From Bugula neritina (taxonomy: Eukaryota > Animalia > Bryozoa), in assembly GCA_964035545.1 (NCBI GenBank), contig OZ037768.1, forward strand, positions 10,386,741-10,450,740: DNA of 64,000 bases, in the 5' to 3' direction. Numbering within the stretch: position 1 is the first letter of the stretch; each line of letters starts with the position of its first letter. The notes under the pieces were generated by a model. The model did no database searches. It had not been told where the DNA came from and was given only the letters and a program-made list of their open reading frames with translations. This document shows, piece after piece, positions 50,408 to 63,172 of this stretch. Made by a program: the position numbers and the translations under genes.

Positions 50408-53400
50408 TTATTGAGCTGAACTTCCGATGCTCTCTTCAACCTTCTTCAGCCAAAGTTCATAGGTTTGATGATACTCTCTCATCCGCTCGCTGTCTATTGG
50501 CTGGCCGGCTTTACTGTCTACATCTTGCTCCTATCATATACAAATAAACAAATAATTCCTAACTTTCAGATACGACAGCCAACCGTGAAGGTGTTGGGAC
50601 CGAATTGCTAACATAAATTTCAATGACAGCCTTCTGTATAAGTAAATAACTTAAAAATCCTTGTCATAAAATCATAAGATAAAACTATGAAAAGTACAAT
50701 TTATTATAATGAGCCATTATTAGGTCAAATGAAGGTATAATAATACTAAACAAGACTCGGCTAAAGCAAATATCCATTGAAACTATGGTGACTAATGAAA
50801 ATGAAAATATATTGGAAGAAAAGCATATCAAGCAAGACAAGTGAATAGCAAACACTGCTGTATGAATAAAATCTGTCAACTTAGCAAGCATAGCCAATAA
50901 CAATAAATCTCCTCTCTTGACTCTATTGTTCGCGATTTGCATCAAAACCTAAAACTGTACCCTATTTCAATATTTCAAAACTTGTTTGGAAATGTCTCAC
51001 TTAACTTTGGCTTTATTTTTTAAATCACAATACAAATTTTCGAAAAAAACAAAATAATTACCTGTTTGACAAGTTTCCGCTTGCTTTTTCGAAACTTTGA
51101 TTTGATAATTGACAAGAATTCCTCATCGGGAAGTACAGAGCTCTTCTCCATCTCTTCTAGTACAATTGTTAAATGGTCAAAGTGTGTACTTGTGGCTCTG
51201 ATAAGTAAGCTCTTTAGTATCAATAAGTTCGGCTGTACATTTTGGTTCTACAATATCATTCGACCAAGTAGTAATATTTTGAAGTTATCTGCTCATAATA
51301 CGAGTTCAAAGAAGAGGAAGGTCCCACTAGTACTTTCAAATAATAACATAATATAAGTAGATCGATATTTTTAATATATTAACCCCACTGTATAAAGGCA
51401 TAACAATCAAGACATAAAACTCAAAATGAGAAGCTGCCAAATTAGCTTTTGTAGCCAACAATGACATCTTGAAAAAATTCGTCAGCCACACGTAGACTAA
51501 AGATCATTCACTTGAAACAAGAACGCAGAGAACCATCAACCAATAACAAAGAAGTTGTCTTCACATCAAAGAGGTACTGCTACACCAACCTTCATGTCGA
51601 TGAGAAGCTGCAAGCATTTTGTGCGAGTTGTACACGTTGAAGAGAGAACAGTGTAGGTCTGGAGATCAGGCTGCATATGCAGGTTCTTGATCTCTTGAAA
51701 GAGAGACCACATTTGAGAGTGATGATTTCTGTGAGACATTCGGATTAGGATGTAATTGTAAAAAGGAACATCTGGAGCAACATTGTATTCCTGTGAACAT
51801 GGAAATAATAAATATGGCGTAACCAAAGTTAGATAGTTCAGATTAATATATAATGAAATGAATGATATAAAGGGTCTTGAAGAATGATGTCCTTATACAA
51901 CATAATCAGAATAACAATATAAGTAGCAAAGTCAGAGTGTGCTGGCATTACCTTCATAACAGTGAGTAATTCTTGCTCATTTTTTTCATCTAAAGAAAGA
52001 GCTCTCAACAAATAAAAGAAGGTTTTAATGTCTGGTTTACATTTGTGGGTATCCATTCGAGCAAGCACTCCTCTCACACCACCTACATAATAAAATAACA
52101 ATACTAAAAATCTTTCAACAACTTAGAGATGCAATGAACTAATCTTTTTGATAACGAAAATTTTTACCAATCAACATGAGTCGATGTGCTGATGATTTCA
52201 GATCAGTTATTTTGATCTCAGCTGGTATTTTTCTCTTAGGATGAAGTATGTCAGGAATAGTCTCAAATAGTGCTTCCTGTTTAGCAGCAGACGAATCGGT
52301 CAGCTCGCAAGTACTTGGTACCAAAACTACATTCGAACTGTTATCTTCTGATGCATTCAACTCATTGCTTTCACTTTCAGTCAAAGATTCCTTAATCAAA
52401 CCCTCTGAGTCAGTATTAATGTTTAAAGACATCAGCAGAGGGGGTTTAGGTTCTTCAACGTCACTTGATGTATTCAACTGTTTGACTTCCTTTGTTATTT
52501 TGCGCTGAATCAGTTCTTTAAATGAGTCCTCATCACCAGCACCAGTTGCTAGTGACCTCAACAGCAAGTTGTACTGGTACGTTGTTAAGTCTATCATTGT
52601 TTTCTTTCTCATCATTCGCCATGCCTGAAAATATCAGTTCTTTTCAGTCTCACAAAAATTTGGACAACAAAAAAGGGAGAAAATGTAATAGAAGTTTTAA
52701 GTTTTCAAACAGAAGAAGTGTTAATTTTACTAACTCCAACAGCTAACTGAAAGCCAGCATCTTTGTGAGAATTGCAAGCAATAAGAAGAGAGCTTAGCAT
52801 GTAGGCATCATATCTCCCATCACTTGGACACTCGTCTGCTAGCTGGAAAGCTGTCTCTATGTCTCCAAGAACTCCAAAAGCCTTCGCAGCAGACTACGAC
52901 AGACAATTCACAAACATATAGTTGGTGCACCTTTTCACAGAACAAAGAGAGGATAACTATTTCACATCAGAGCAATATTCTTTAATCTAATCTGTAGATT
53001 AGACAGTAGAAGCGTGGTATCAAATTTTTAGGACTATTTTTTTTCTCAAATTCAAATTATCTACAAGATTTCTGAAGAACTTTAGTTATTGCTTTTATTG
53101 CTTAAAACTTTGCAAAACTGGTGACTTTGAGAATTGGGCAAATTGTATTTGATGCGGACCTTGTAAGTAATTGGGTGAAGCTCAACTCCATTGTGACGTA
53201 AAATGCCGAGGAGATTGGTTGCACTCTCTAGAGCCACACCCTTGTCCCCTGTGTAGTTAGCGCACGCATGAAACAGAGATGTGTAAAAGTGATTAGTAAC
53301 CTTTAGCCCTCTCTTTTTGGTCTAGAACAAAAGTAAGACGAAGATATTATATTATTCAAATCTCGAATAGATCAATAAACGGTATACTAACTGAACTTAA

Positions 53401-55607
53401 TATAGGACTAAAACATTAGCAGTGCCACCATAATTTTCACAGGTAGTTATAATAAACAAATTCAACATATGAAGCTTAAACATAGCACATCTATACTTCA
53501 AACTTACAGTAGAATTGAGCTGCTTTTCTGAGTTAAAATACAAATAAAGAACACATATTTTTCAGATTTCTAAACACTTTTTAGCTATCAATTTTTTTTA
53601 AATATGTTGATTTAAAAGCATTAAACTGGCAAACGAAGATGTGTAGTTAGAAACATAATCAATAGCTAGCTTCAGTACTGACCTGGTTGTATAACTTGAA
53701 GCACTTGTCCATATTTCCAGTAGATGCATAACCTCGTATTAGATTACTGTACATGAAAGATGTAGGCTTTACTCTGTATTCATTAACTATTTTATCAAAT
53801 AGATCTTGGGCTTCTACCATCTAAATTTAGGTTAAAAACTACTTTACTAAAATTGGAAACCAAACTAAAATAAATAAAAAGACTTATTTCATGTGAACCT
53901 AAACTCTAGAGGAGCCAGAATTAAATAGCAGGAGTTAATTGCTAGTTGCTGGCTTACAAATTTGTTCAGAACCAAATATTAACACATATAATTGAAAAAC
54001 TGTGAATTAAGGAGATAGTGTGGTGTACTTATAGAATGGGCATAACCTGTGTTTGCATTAGTCAGCCATGCTGTTAAGTTTACCCGGATATATTCCACTC
54101 ACCCTTGCTCGAGCACATAGTCGTTCTATCTTGATCTCATAGGTAAGTAAGCATCTAGGACCATTTGTAGCATTTAATCTTATAAAATTATCATCTGGCT
54201 CATCACTAGCAAAGTATAAACCCATTGCTTATTGAAATGAAAAAATATATAGAAAAATCAATACAGTTACGGCACAGCAAAGATAAATATTGAAACAGGA
54301 TGCAATAAGAACGGAAAGTAGATTGTAGGCCAAGATAATAAAAATAAGGTTTTAAATAACTATTAATATTTTTATTTCAACATAAGAAATTATGCTGGCG
54401 CTATATACGCAAACAGTACAATGGCAACTCTGGGCCAATGAGGCAGGTAATTCAACTAAAGCAGTTTTTTAACACTCTGCTATCAAAATATTTGATTAAA
54501 AACAATACAATAAATCTCAATAACATTAATCCAATTGGCTACGAATTAATAAAAAAAACTGGATGTATTAATTTGATAGTCAACTCTTTTAGATTTTAAC
54601 TAAGAAAAATATTTTCGTAACAGAAAAATTCAAAGGAACAAAAATTTCATCTTGCGCCTGCAAAATTGTTGAAAACTATAACTTTAAAACCCCATTGACC
54701 AGGGTTGGGAGTCCTTCGCAAGTAGCAAGATGTTGAGAATGTCTCACTCACTTTTCAATTGATCCTGTGCCTACTAATTCAGCCATTCTCTGTTTTGACT
54801 CACTGGAAAATTGGCCAAACGTCTCAGCATCCCTGGAATCTACTTCATGGTCCTCAATCACACTAGGATGCCTAGCTGTGACATCATCTTCAAAATCATC
54901 AAAACTGGCATCATCATAACTTTGGCTCATCATCTGATGAGCTAGAGATTTCTTCTTTTGATGGCGACTGACAGGTTGCCGAAGTTCATCATAATACCGG
55001 TCACGGGTCAAGGATGAATCATCTTGCCAATCAGAATCATTATAGTAACTGCTGTTTCTTTTTCTGAAGTTTCTATCTCTTTTAGAGTAGTCATCATACC
55101 GATTCCTTTCCATTCTGTTATAATGGTTATTATACTGATCATTGTCATGTCTGAAATGATTGTACCGATTTTCATAGCTGTCGTTTATTGTGGAAACTTG
55201 TTCATTGTCATAACGTCCCACAGCAAACCTGACAAAAAGTAAACAATTATATAAAGATAAATGATTCTATGAATAAAAAAATCAAAATGAATAAAACACT
55301 ATGAAATAATCAGAGCTACAGATGCATACATCACCATACACACTGACTACATATTATATAATTGTAGTATATATTACCTATCAAAATTAATAATGTGAAT
55401 GTGATCGTGAAAACTTTGGTTGGATCGTCTCCCTGAGAAGAATTCAGGGCGTCTTTTCAATCGTACAGGATTTCGATGTTCAAGTTCTCTTAATTTAGCA
55501 GGCCACTTGTCTTTATATGCAGAGTTGCTGCTACATAGCCTAATAGTCAACGGTGACCAATTGCATAATGGTGCAGCTAATCTCGTGAGTTCTAAATATC
55601 TCTGCAT
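50408..55607 (-). CDS. PTCD1: Mitochondrial pentatricopeptide repeat protein PTCD1
   Basis: Presequence-like MQRYLELTRLAAPL...; ETFGQFS; PPR repeats (MYSNLIRGYASTGNMDKCFKLYNQTKKRGL, FYTSLFHACAN, YNLLLRSL, KPDIKTFFYLL, PDVPFYNYILI, PDLQTYTVL); RLMLIGGVRGVL; YHQTYELWL near the stop. Some internal exon ends not individually checked. Confidence 0.9.
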
Positions 55608-56924
55608 AATTGTCACTACAAAAACATAGCAATAAGTAATCTGACACTGTGTATAATATCCACAACAGTTATATAATAAATAAAATGTTATGACCAATAG
55701 TTGTATAAAAAGCTAGGCAAGTTTGCTTTGCTTAGTGTATTTTATATAATGTAACTAGCATTTCTCTATGAAATTAAAACATCTTAAATTTACAGTTTAT
55801 ACCTAACATAATGGTGTGTGCACTAGAAAAATAATTTCTATAATAAAAGTTTAAATAACGATTAATAAACAATAATAATTAAATAAAGTTTAAATAACAT
55901 ATTGTTAAAACCGTCTATTTTTCTACATAGTAAAATATATTGTTAAGTCTATGTAGATTAGAATACGTAAGCCCCAAATTTTCCAACATAAAGTTATAAT
56001 TAGTAGGAGATATTTAGAAACTAATGTAAAATTGTATTTGAAAAATTGAAAGCACAAAGGGGCAATGATGGATAAAACTTTATTGCAAAAATTACAAACA
56101 TAGCAAGTGCAGTGATAGACCATCAGCTGGATTGAAAACTAAAGTCATTTGCATAAAATCTATGATTGAGACTGATAACTGACAGGATTATAAAAATTTA
56201 AAGCCTTTACTTGAATCACTAATCGTGCTTTAATTAAGTCATCAAATTGACAATGTAATAATTAAATAGCAAAATCTAAAATCACTCATCTTGCTGTATT
56301 CGAAAATTATGCTGAGAAAGTCATCAGAAGACTATCATTGTGAGCGTGTACTAAACAATGCGAAGCAACTAAGTAAAATTTTCAACTCAACTAAATTGAA
56401 TTTTGGACTAAAAATTGTGAAGGTATAACCACACCTTTAGTCAAGGCTTACAGCTACTGGCCTTTGTATGAATGCGAGTAACAATTGTTTAATTAAAAAT
56501 TTTCAGTTAAAAGCCATTTAGTTTGTGGGTCAATCTCGGGGTTTCATAGCAACTAATTTTAGTTATTGCTAGAATTACAATCATTTAATATTAGTACACC
56601 ATTTAAATTTAGGCAGTTGAGTTTTGGAAACTTGGAATGAAACTGAACATGTAATATTTTCACATTGTGCTAAATGCCTACGTCAGCTTGTAACCATAAG
56701 TTAAGAACTTATGATCAAATGTCATAATTACAAAGACAATTATTAACTTTATCTTTGAAAATAAACATTATTATCATTTCCAAAACCACTGTGAGTGGCT
56801 GCATTTACTTATTTTGACTTGAACTACAATTTACAATTTTTAATAGTGTTTTGCTGACTTTGACTAATTTCATTTGTATCGTGATGACAATTGTCATTAT
56901 GACAATTTACTTTTAGGCCGAGGC

Positions 56925-57691
56925 GGGCTACTGTCGTTTCGTACACAAGTCATTTCGTACACCGGCCGTTTCGTATTTAAAATGGTCGTTTTGTATACAA
57001 ACTGCTTTCTATTTCGTACACAAAATGAATAATAAATTAATCTACTGGATAACCACTTTAATGATTGTTGTTTACCCATTAGTTATTTATTGCATCCCAG
57101 CTTTCTCTCCCAGCATTATTTTGAAACAAAAAATTATATTCATCAATTATGTGCTGCCATCTACTGATAACAATGATTAAACCAAAAGAGCAGTTCCCCC
57201 CTAACATCTACATATCACAATAATAAACATGTCGCGAAAAGAAATGTGTAAGTTACTTGTGTCTGTGAGCAGTACTGTATGACTCATACATCAAATAATA
57301 AATATCAAAAAGTATGTGCGAGGGTGGTTCAAAAAGTAATGCCTGTTGTGTAGGTTTTGTCACCAGTGATAATCCTTTGCAAAAATGTCTGATCTTCTGC
57401 ATGCATGCTGAGAAGCTCACAACCATCCTCCTTTTACGAGGCAGGAATACATGCTCTCATAAAACGATGGACAGCAGCTGTGGGCAATGGAGGAGACTAT
57501 ATTGAGAAATAAAGTGTGTTCCTAAGTTGTTGCTGATCATTTTGATATATAGTTTAAGTATTCAGAAAATAAAAATTCTCTGATCTTACACAACAGGCGT
57601 TACTTTTTGAACCACCCTCGTATTTTAGTTAATTTATTTTGATGTGTACGAAACGACCTGAAAAAGCTTGTGTGCAAAATGACCTGTAACC
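56925..57691. mobile_element. MITE with GTCGTTTCGTACAC subterminal repeats
   Basis: Multiple TTTCGTACAC repeats at the left, inverted GTGTACGAAACGACC at the right; flanking direct repeat GGCCGAGGC / GGCTGAGGC (9 bp, 1 mismatch). Confidence 0.7.
57319..57620 (+). mobile_element. Internally deleted mariner element nested in the MITE
   Basis: 34-bp TIR CGAGGGTGGTTCAAAAAGTAAYGCCTGTTGTGTA (1 mismatch), TG/TA flanks, and residual transposase C-terminus KRWTAAVGNGGDYIEK*. Confidence 0.9.
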
Positions 57692-57699
57692 GGCTGAGG

Positions 57700-58500
57700 C
57701 ATGGTAACCATGCATATTATTAATTAATTATGATTATCCAACATGAGCACCATTATTATTATACTTAATTATCTTCATAGTATAATTATAAGTATAAGTA
57801 TTACTGAACAGTAAATTTAGTAGATGTAATACCAAGGGAAAGTCTAATACTAATAGTAATACTAATACTAATAGTAATAGTGATGCTCATAGTCATACAA
57901 TTACATTCATAAGTCACACTCATATTTATATTATGCTACACTTTGACTTACGAATATATGGGCTATATTAATAATATTATCATTATGATTATGACACTGG
58001 TCTCTTAATATTACTATACTTAGTCTTACAAGTTACAAGTGTCGTCACACTGACACTCTGATGACTGATAGTGATACTCATTAACTCAATCTCATGACTG
58101 AATTCCCTGATCATAGTGTTAGTGCAGTACCACTGGCACTACTAGTAGTACTTGTACTGCTGCTACTAGTACTAGTACTACTGCTAATAACAATCACAAT
58201 GAGACATGAGTGATGAGAGTGACTGTGAGTATCACAATCTGAATCAATATGAATATTACTATCATACTACTAGTACTATCACTATCAGTATCAGATCACT
58301 ATGACCATCGGTATCACTATCACTATCAGTATCAGATCACTATGAGTATGACTATGACCATCAGTATCACTAGCACTGTATCAGTATCACCATCAGTATG
58401 ATAGTGTAACTGTATGAGTATGACTATGAGACTCAAAGTCAATGAGTCATAGAGAGTGTGAGTATCACTTTAAGTTTACAATTATCATTATGAGTACCAC
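57700..58500. repeat. Low-complexity tract of 3/6-bp micro-repeats (TATCAC, TATGAC, TAGTAC)
   Basis: Dense short tandem duplications, e.g. TATCACTATCAGTATCAGATCACTATGA twice within 58277-58345. Confidence 0.75.
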
Positions 58501-59555
58501 TTCATGTTTATGGCCAACATTCATATTGTAACAATGATTGTTAATGATTGTAATTGTGCTCCTCCGGTCTCCCCGGTTGAAATTGCGACCATGCTTGATC
58601 AGCGCTTGCATCCAATGTTGGCTAATACTACATTATCATTATGATTATCATTGGAAATTTCTATATGCAGTCATCTGGCTCGACATTCAGTTGATGGATA
58701 TTTTCTGATTCGCTGATTAGGTAGCGTCTCTGATTGGCTTATTAATTTAAACCGCACGATATTATTTCAATGCCCTCAACTGTTATGGCGTACACGTGCT
58801 CTCCAACTCCAATAACCATTATGATAGAGTTATTATGACAACGCCATTACAACTTCTACAAGATCTTACTATGACTCAATTGAAGATGCTCTTAAAGCAA
58901 TAGACAATTTTGAAATCAAAAGTAAAACTAAGTATGGTTGCACTGATGGTCACTTTAGGCGTATGCAGCGATTAGCTCAAAGTCAAAGTCAATCATTAAA
59001 TTGAAATTCATTATAATTATGATTATCAATATCATTATGATTATAATTACCAGCTCCAAGTCTCACTCAAATTGGAAGTGAGCCTGGTATTGGTACTGAT
59101 GATGGTATGTAAAACTAAATTTATTTTTGAATTTAAGTTCGACTATACATATGACTATCACTATGAGTATGTACATCATCATCATGATCATTTTTAAGCT
59201 GTCTCATGACTCAGCTGTTTAATATTTATACATTTACTTTTAGTTTTTAGCCTATATTTTAATTTTATAATTATTGTGCCCATCTCTTTTAATTGTAAAT
59301 TTATGCTAAGGAGGCTATACTTTCTTATCAATCAATCCTTCAACTACATGTCTTAGTATTGCTATTCTGTATTCAGTCTACCTTACACTTGTAGTGGAAT
59401 TATGGACTTTAGATTTATTCAATTCTGATTCTCATTCCACATTCTCATCTCCTAACCCCCAGCTCTACCCCACATAAATTAACTTTCCATTGGTATGCAG
59501 ACTAGAGACAATTAATGTCATCACAATAGCCAAGCTGTCTCCTACGGCTACTGTC

Positions 59556-60026
59556 TGTAACATTTACTTATTTCGTTACAATTACAATTACATTTTCGCT
59601 TTGAAGTCAGTTCCCATACGTCAAACACCCTGATCCTGCAGCTACGTGGCTTTATCCTTATATGGAGATGCAGCCACCCTTGTGAATGTGGTAACCTATC
59701 CTGAGCTAGCTGACGTGGACCCAACTGGCAGGAAGTCCTAGGTATTACAGCCACCCTTGTAATACTGCAACCTATCCTGAACTAGCTGACGTGGGCCTAA
59801 CCGGCAAGAAGTATCTTGCTACACCCAACAGCTATCTGAAGTCACTTCTCTGTAAGACCCAGCTTCAGGTAGACGTACCCAGAACGAGAGGAGTTATCTA
59901 CAATCTACAAAGTAATTACCATAAATTATATGCATATAATACTGTTATAGTAAATCACTAAAGCATAGCCATATTAGTAACAGCTATACAGTAAGTTGTA
60001 GCGGGATACCACAAGATCCCGTTACA
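59556..60026 (+). repeat. 5' LTR of the retroelement
   Basis: TGTAAC...GTTACA termini, internal about 77-bp tandem repeat, followed by PBS-like TGATGGAGGTGCC. The 3' LTR is outside the window. Confidence 0.75.
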
Positions 60027-61192
60027 ACATTTGATGGAGGTGCCATTTCGGTTTCCAACTCTTGCATTGCCAAGCATTTACTTGCTGATCACTGAGGTTA
60101 ACCACCCAGTTCTACTTGGCCTAGGTAGCTTTTACTGCCAGGCTATTGTATTGAGGGCTCCCATAAGCTTGAGGACAAGCAATTTTTAACTTGAGGTGGA
60201 GTTGAGAGATCATTGAGTGTATTAAAAAAAATCACTTTGGAATAATCACAAAAAGTAGACCTAAATAATAAAGAAACATATTACATACAGTACTGGTCCC
60301 ACGCTACATAAATTTACGGCAATACCTAATTAAGCGTTATATAAATACAATTAAAATTTTAGTGGTTGACCTGGAGTCCTGGTATTAAATACCAAATAAT
60401 ATATTAGTACTGTCAATTTTTAATTCCAAGATCTAACTTCTTTTTATAAACCTTATTACTACCTGTTAGCTGTGTTATTAACACTACTTTCACTGTTACA
60501 GATAATATTACTGTAAAACAATTAATTATATTGCCAACATAAACTCTGCCGAGGGAACAATCGCACTCCCAAAGAGACTGGTGAGTGCTAACCTCCAACC
60601 CACAACCTAACCAGTTAAAGTAAGTTTACATATACAATATAGAACTACCCCTAAGGCTAACACACGTCCTACATCTAGAGCTTTCATTTAAAAATTAAGT
60701 CTAAATATAGTTGCTATAATAATTTACAACTCTAGATGAATAAGCTAAGATATAAAACCTAGACTACATTATTCAGTTAGAAATAAATATTAAGAAACTT
60801 GGACAGCAGCTGCAATCATGTACCTAACATTTGAATTCTAATAATCAATTTGGATAAAAAACAGGGGATTTATCTTAGAATTAATCTAATTAAGTAGAAG
60901 AATTGTCTAATTAGGAAAAGAAACACGAACTGGCATAATTTAATCTAATTTCTACATTCACAGGGTAATTACAAATTACCTAAGATAGTCATAGTGGGGT
61001 TAATTACATCATTCTACTGGAACAGAAAACTCACTCTGCTCCAACTTATTGTTCAACAACTAATTAAGTATATTATTAATTAAAACAGTGACTCTGATTA
61101 GAAAACAATTAAATACACAAACTTGAAGTATACCTGCACTAATAATTCATAAGAAAAAAAATTAGCCATTATTAAACAAGCACACGCATTGC

Positions 61193-62651
61193 ATGAGTAG
61201 CAACAGGCCAGTAACACGGAGCATAACCAGACAAAGACAAATGGCTACCTCAGGAGAACCAACCTCATTTGCCCCTACCACAACTAGCTCCCCTGACATT
61301 ATGACACAACCTCTCATAACAACCACCTTAACTTCAACTACCCTATCTGACCATACTGACACTCCACGAACCGCAACAACCACTATGTCCAACTTGACCA
61401 CAACATCCTACGAGACGGGCACGAGACCCAAAACCCCAATACATACGCTCACCTCGAAAGAAAATATAGTGAAGTTCTGGAACTCACTATCACCGGAACT
61501 ACGACAGGACTGTATTAATAGCAATACTTCGACAGGCCCTACACCCAGCCTTACGACAACACCACCATGGCTTGACAACTCAAGCACACATGACACCCAC
61601 ACTACAAGTCTCTTCAAATCAACCACGACCTTCCCGCAGCATACTTAATACCAACATACCCACTACGAACCTATTCCAAACCCAGATAATAGCAAGCGTG
61701 GCTCCCAACGTAGGTAGCCTGCCATCCTTTTTCGGCGACTCTACTGCACTCTACTGAGTCCTGGGAAAACTTCATAGAGAAATGGGAAATCCTGATGGCC
61801 CTTCATCAGTATGATAATGAACAGCTGGCCCTCGCCATACCTGCCAAGCTTACTAGTTCAGCTTGGCAAACATATCGAAAGGTAGTAAAGCAGGCGCCCG
61901 GCAGTGCCACAAACTATGCTGTGCTTAAACCCAAACTGGCGGCAATGTTCCAAAGGAGCAACCCACTCCTAGAGAAGAGCCTCTGGAAATTGTCGCAGGG
62001 GAAGCAGACGGTTGGAGAATTTTTCACAGAGGTAGTTTCACAAGGCCAGTCGGCATTCCTGGATATGCCGGAGGAATACAGAAATAAGGTACTGACGAAC
62101 GTCTTCATAGCAGGGTTGAACGAAGCCCATCAGAGGGATATCCTTCTGAAGGGTGAGCTCACCCTGCAGCAAACCTTAGAGGAAGCAAAAAAGCTGGAGG
62201 CAGTAGACGGGGCATTCAAGACACAAAAAATAAATTTGATAGAGTCAGAAATAGTTGCTGAAGTGAATAACACCCGGAGCCAAGCAGAACTCATAGCTCC
62301 TCTGCAAAAACAAATAGATGGACTGGCTGAGCTAATAAAAGCTCAGTCAGTAAGATCCAAAGAGCAAGCGGAGAGAAATTACAGAAATAATAACTACCAG
62401 CCCAACAGATACCGCGGTAGAGGACGCAGTAGTAACCGGGGTAACAGTAGAGGTGGCTATAGCCAAACACAGCGCTACCATAACCAAAGCGCCCACAACC
62501 AGCATCAGGCCCCTTTTAACCAACACGGAGGACCATATAACCACCAATCACTACACAGATACAATAATGATCGAACAGGTCAAAACTACGGCAATGGGCG
62601 TGGGCAAAACTCTTGGCCCTGCAAGTCTTGCGGGAACCAGCACTATGGGAG
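61193..62651 (+). pseudogene. gag: gag with two frameshifts (Thr-rich N-terminus, capsid domain, coiled coil, N/R/G/Q-rich linker, split zinc knuckle)
   Basis: LPSFFGDS[T]ESWENFIEKWE...LTSSAWQTY...LSQGKQTVGEF...FIAGLN...TLQQTLEEAKKLE is a retrotransposon capsid signature; CKSCGNQH knuckle start. Confidence 0.88.
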
Positions 62652-63172
62652 TGTCACAAATTCTGAGTGTACATATACTGGGTTTTTCCTAATGATTATA
62701 TACGAATGTTCATAAATATTCTAGACTGATCAAAGAGATGGGTCATTGTTCATTGTTATTGTTTTCATTAGTCATGTTAACTACTGCCCAGCAATGTAAA
62801 CAAGGTGTTGCGCAATAATTGCGAAATAACCATGGAAATTCCAATGTTTTGTTTTGTTTTGATTTTCTATAAATAGTATTGGCATGTGGGGAATGTTTTC
62901 TACTAGAATCTTCTGTACTGGAATGCTTGAGAATATTCTAGAGCTTTTTGTTTACTATAAATACTGAGGCAGTTGTGTTTACAGTTCAGTTCATTCTCGG
63001 AGTTCATTTTTATACATTCATCTGTGCATATCTTACTAGAGAAATAAAGTCTACTTATATCCACAACTCTATTACTCACAACTGGATTAGCAAGCTGTAT
63101 GCTACTTGTCTATACACTTCTGACTACCAGACTTTTCGAACTCGTCACACTGCTACCAACAGTTTTGTGACA
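62652..63172 (+). mobile_element. Solo LTR (521 bp) of an unrelated LTR element
   Basis: TGTCACAAA...TTTGTGACA termini; 5-bp TSD GGGAG at 62647-62651 and 63173-63177; TATAAATA at 62868 and 62956; AATAAA at about 63043; AT-rich relative to flanks. Confidence 0.93.

Noticed and set aside
59671-59812. Direct repeats resembling a CRISPR-like array
   Set aside because: Two long copies inside an LTR in a eukaryotic genome; no spacers.
62948-63172. Hydrophobic N-terminus of the 342-aa ORF
   Set aside because: Chance read-through from the solo LTR; not part of the original protein.
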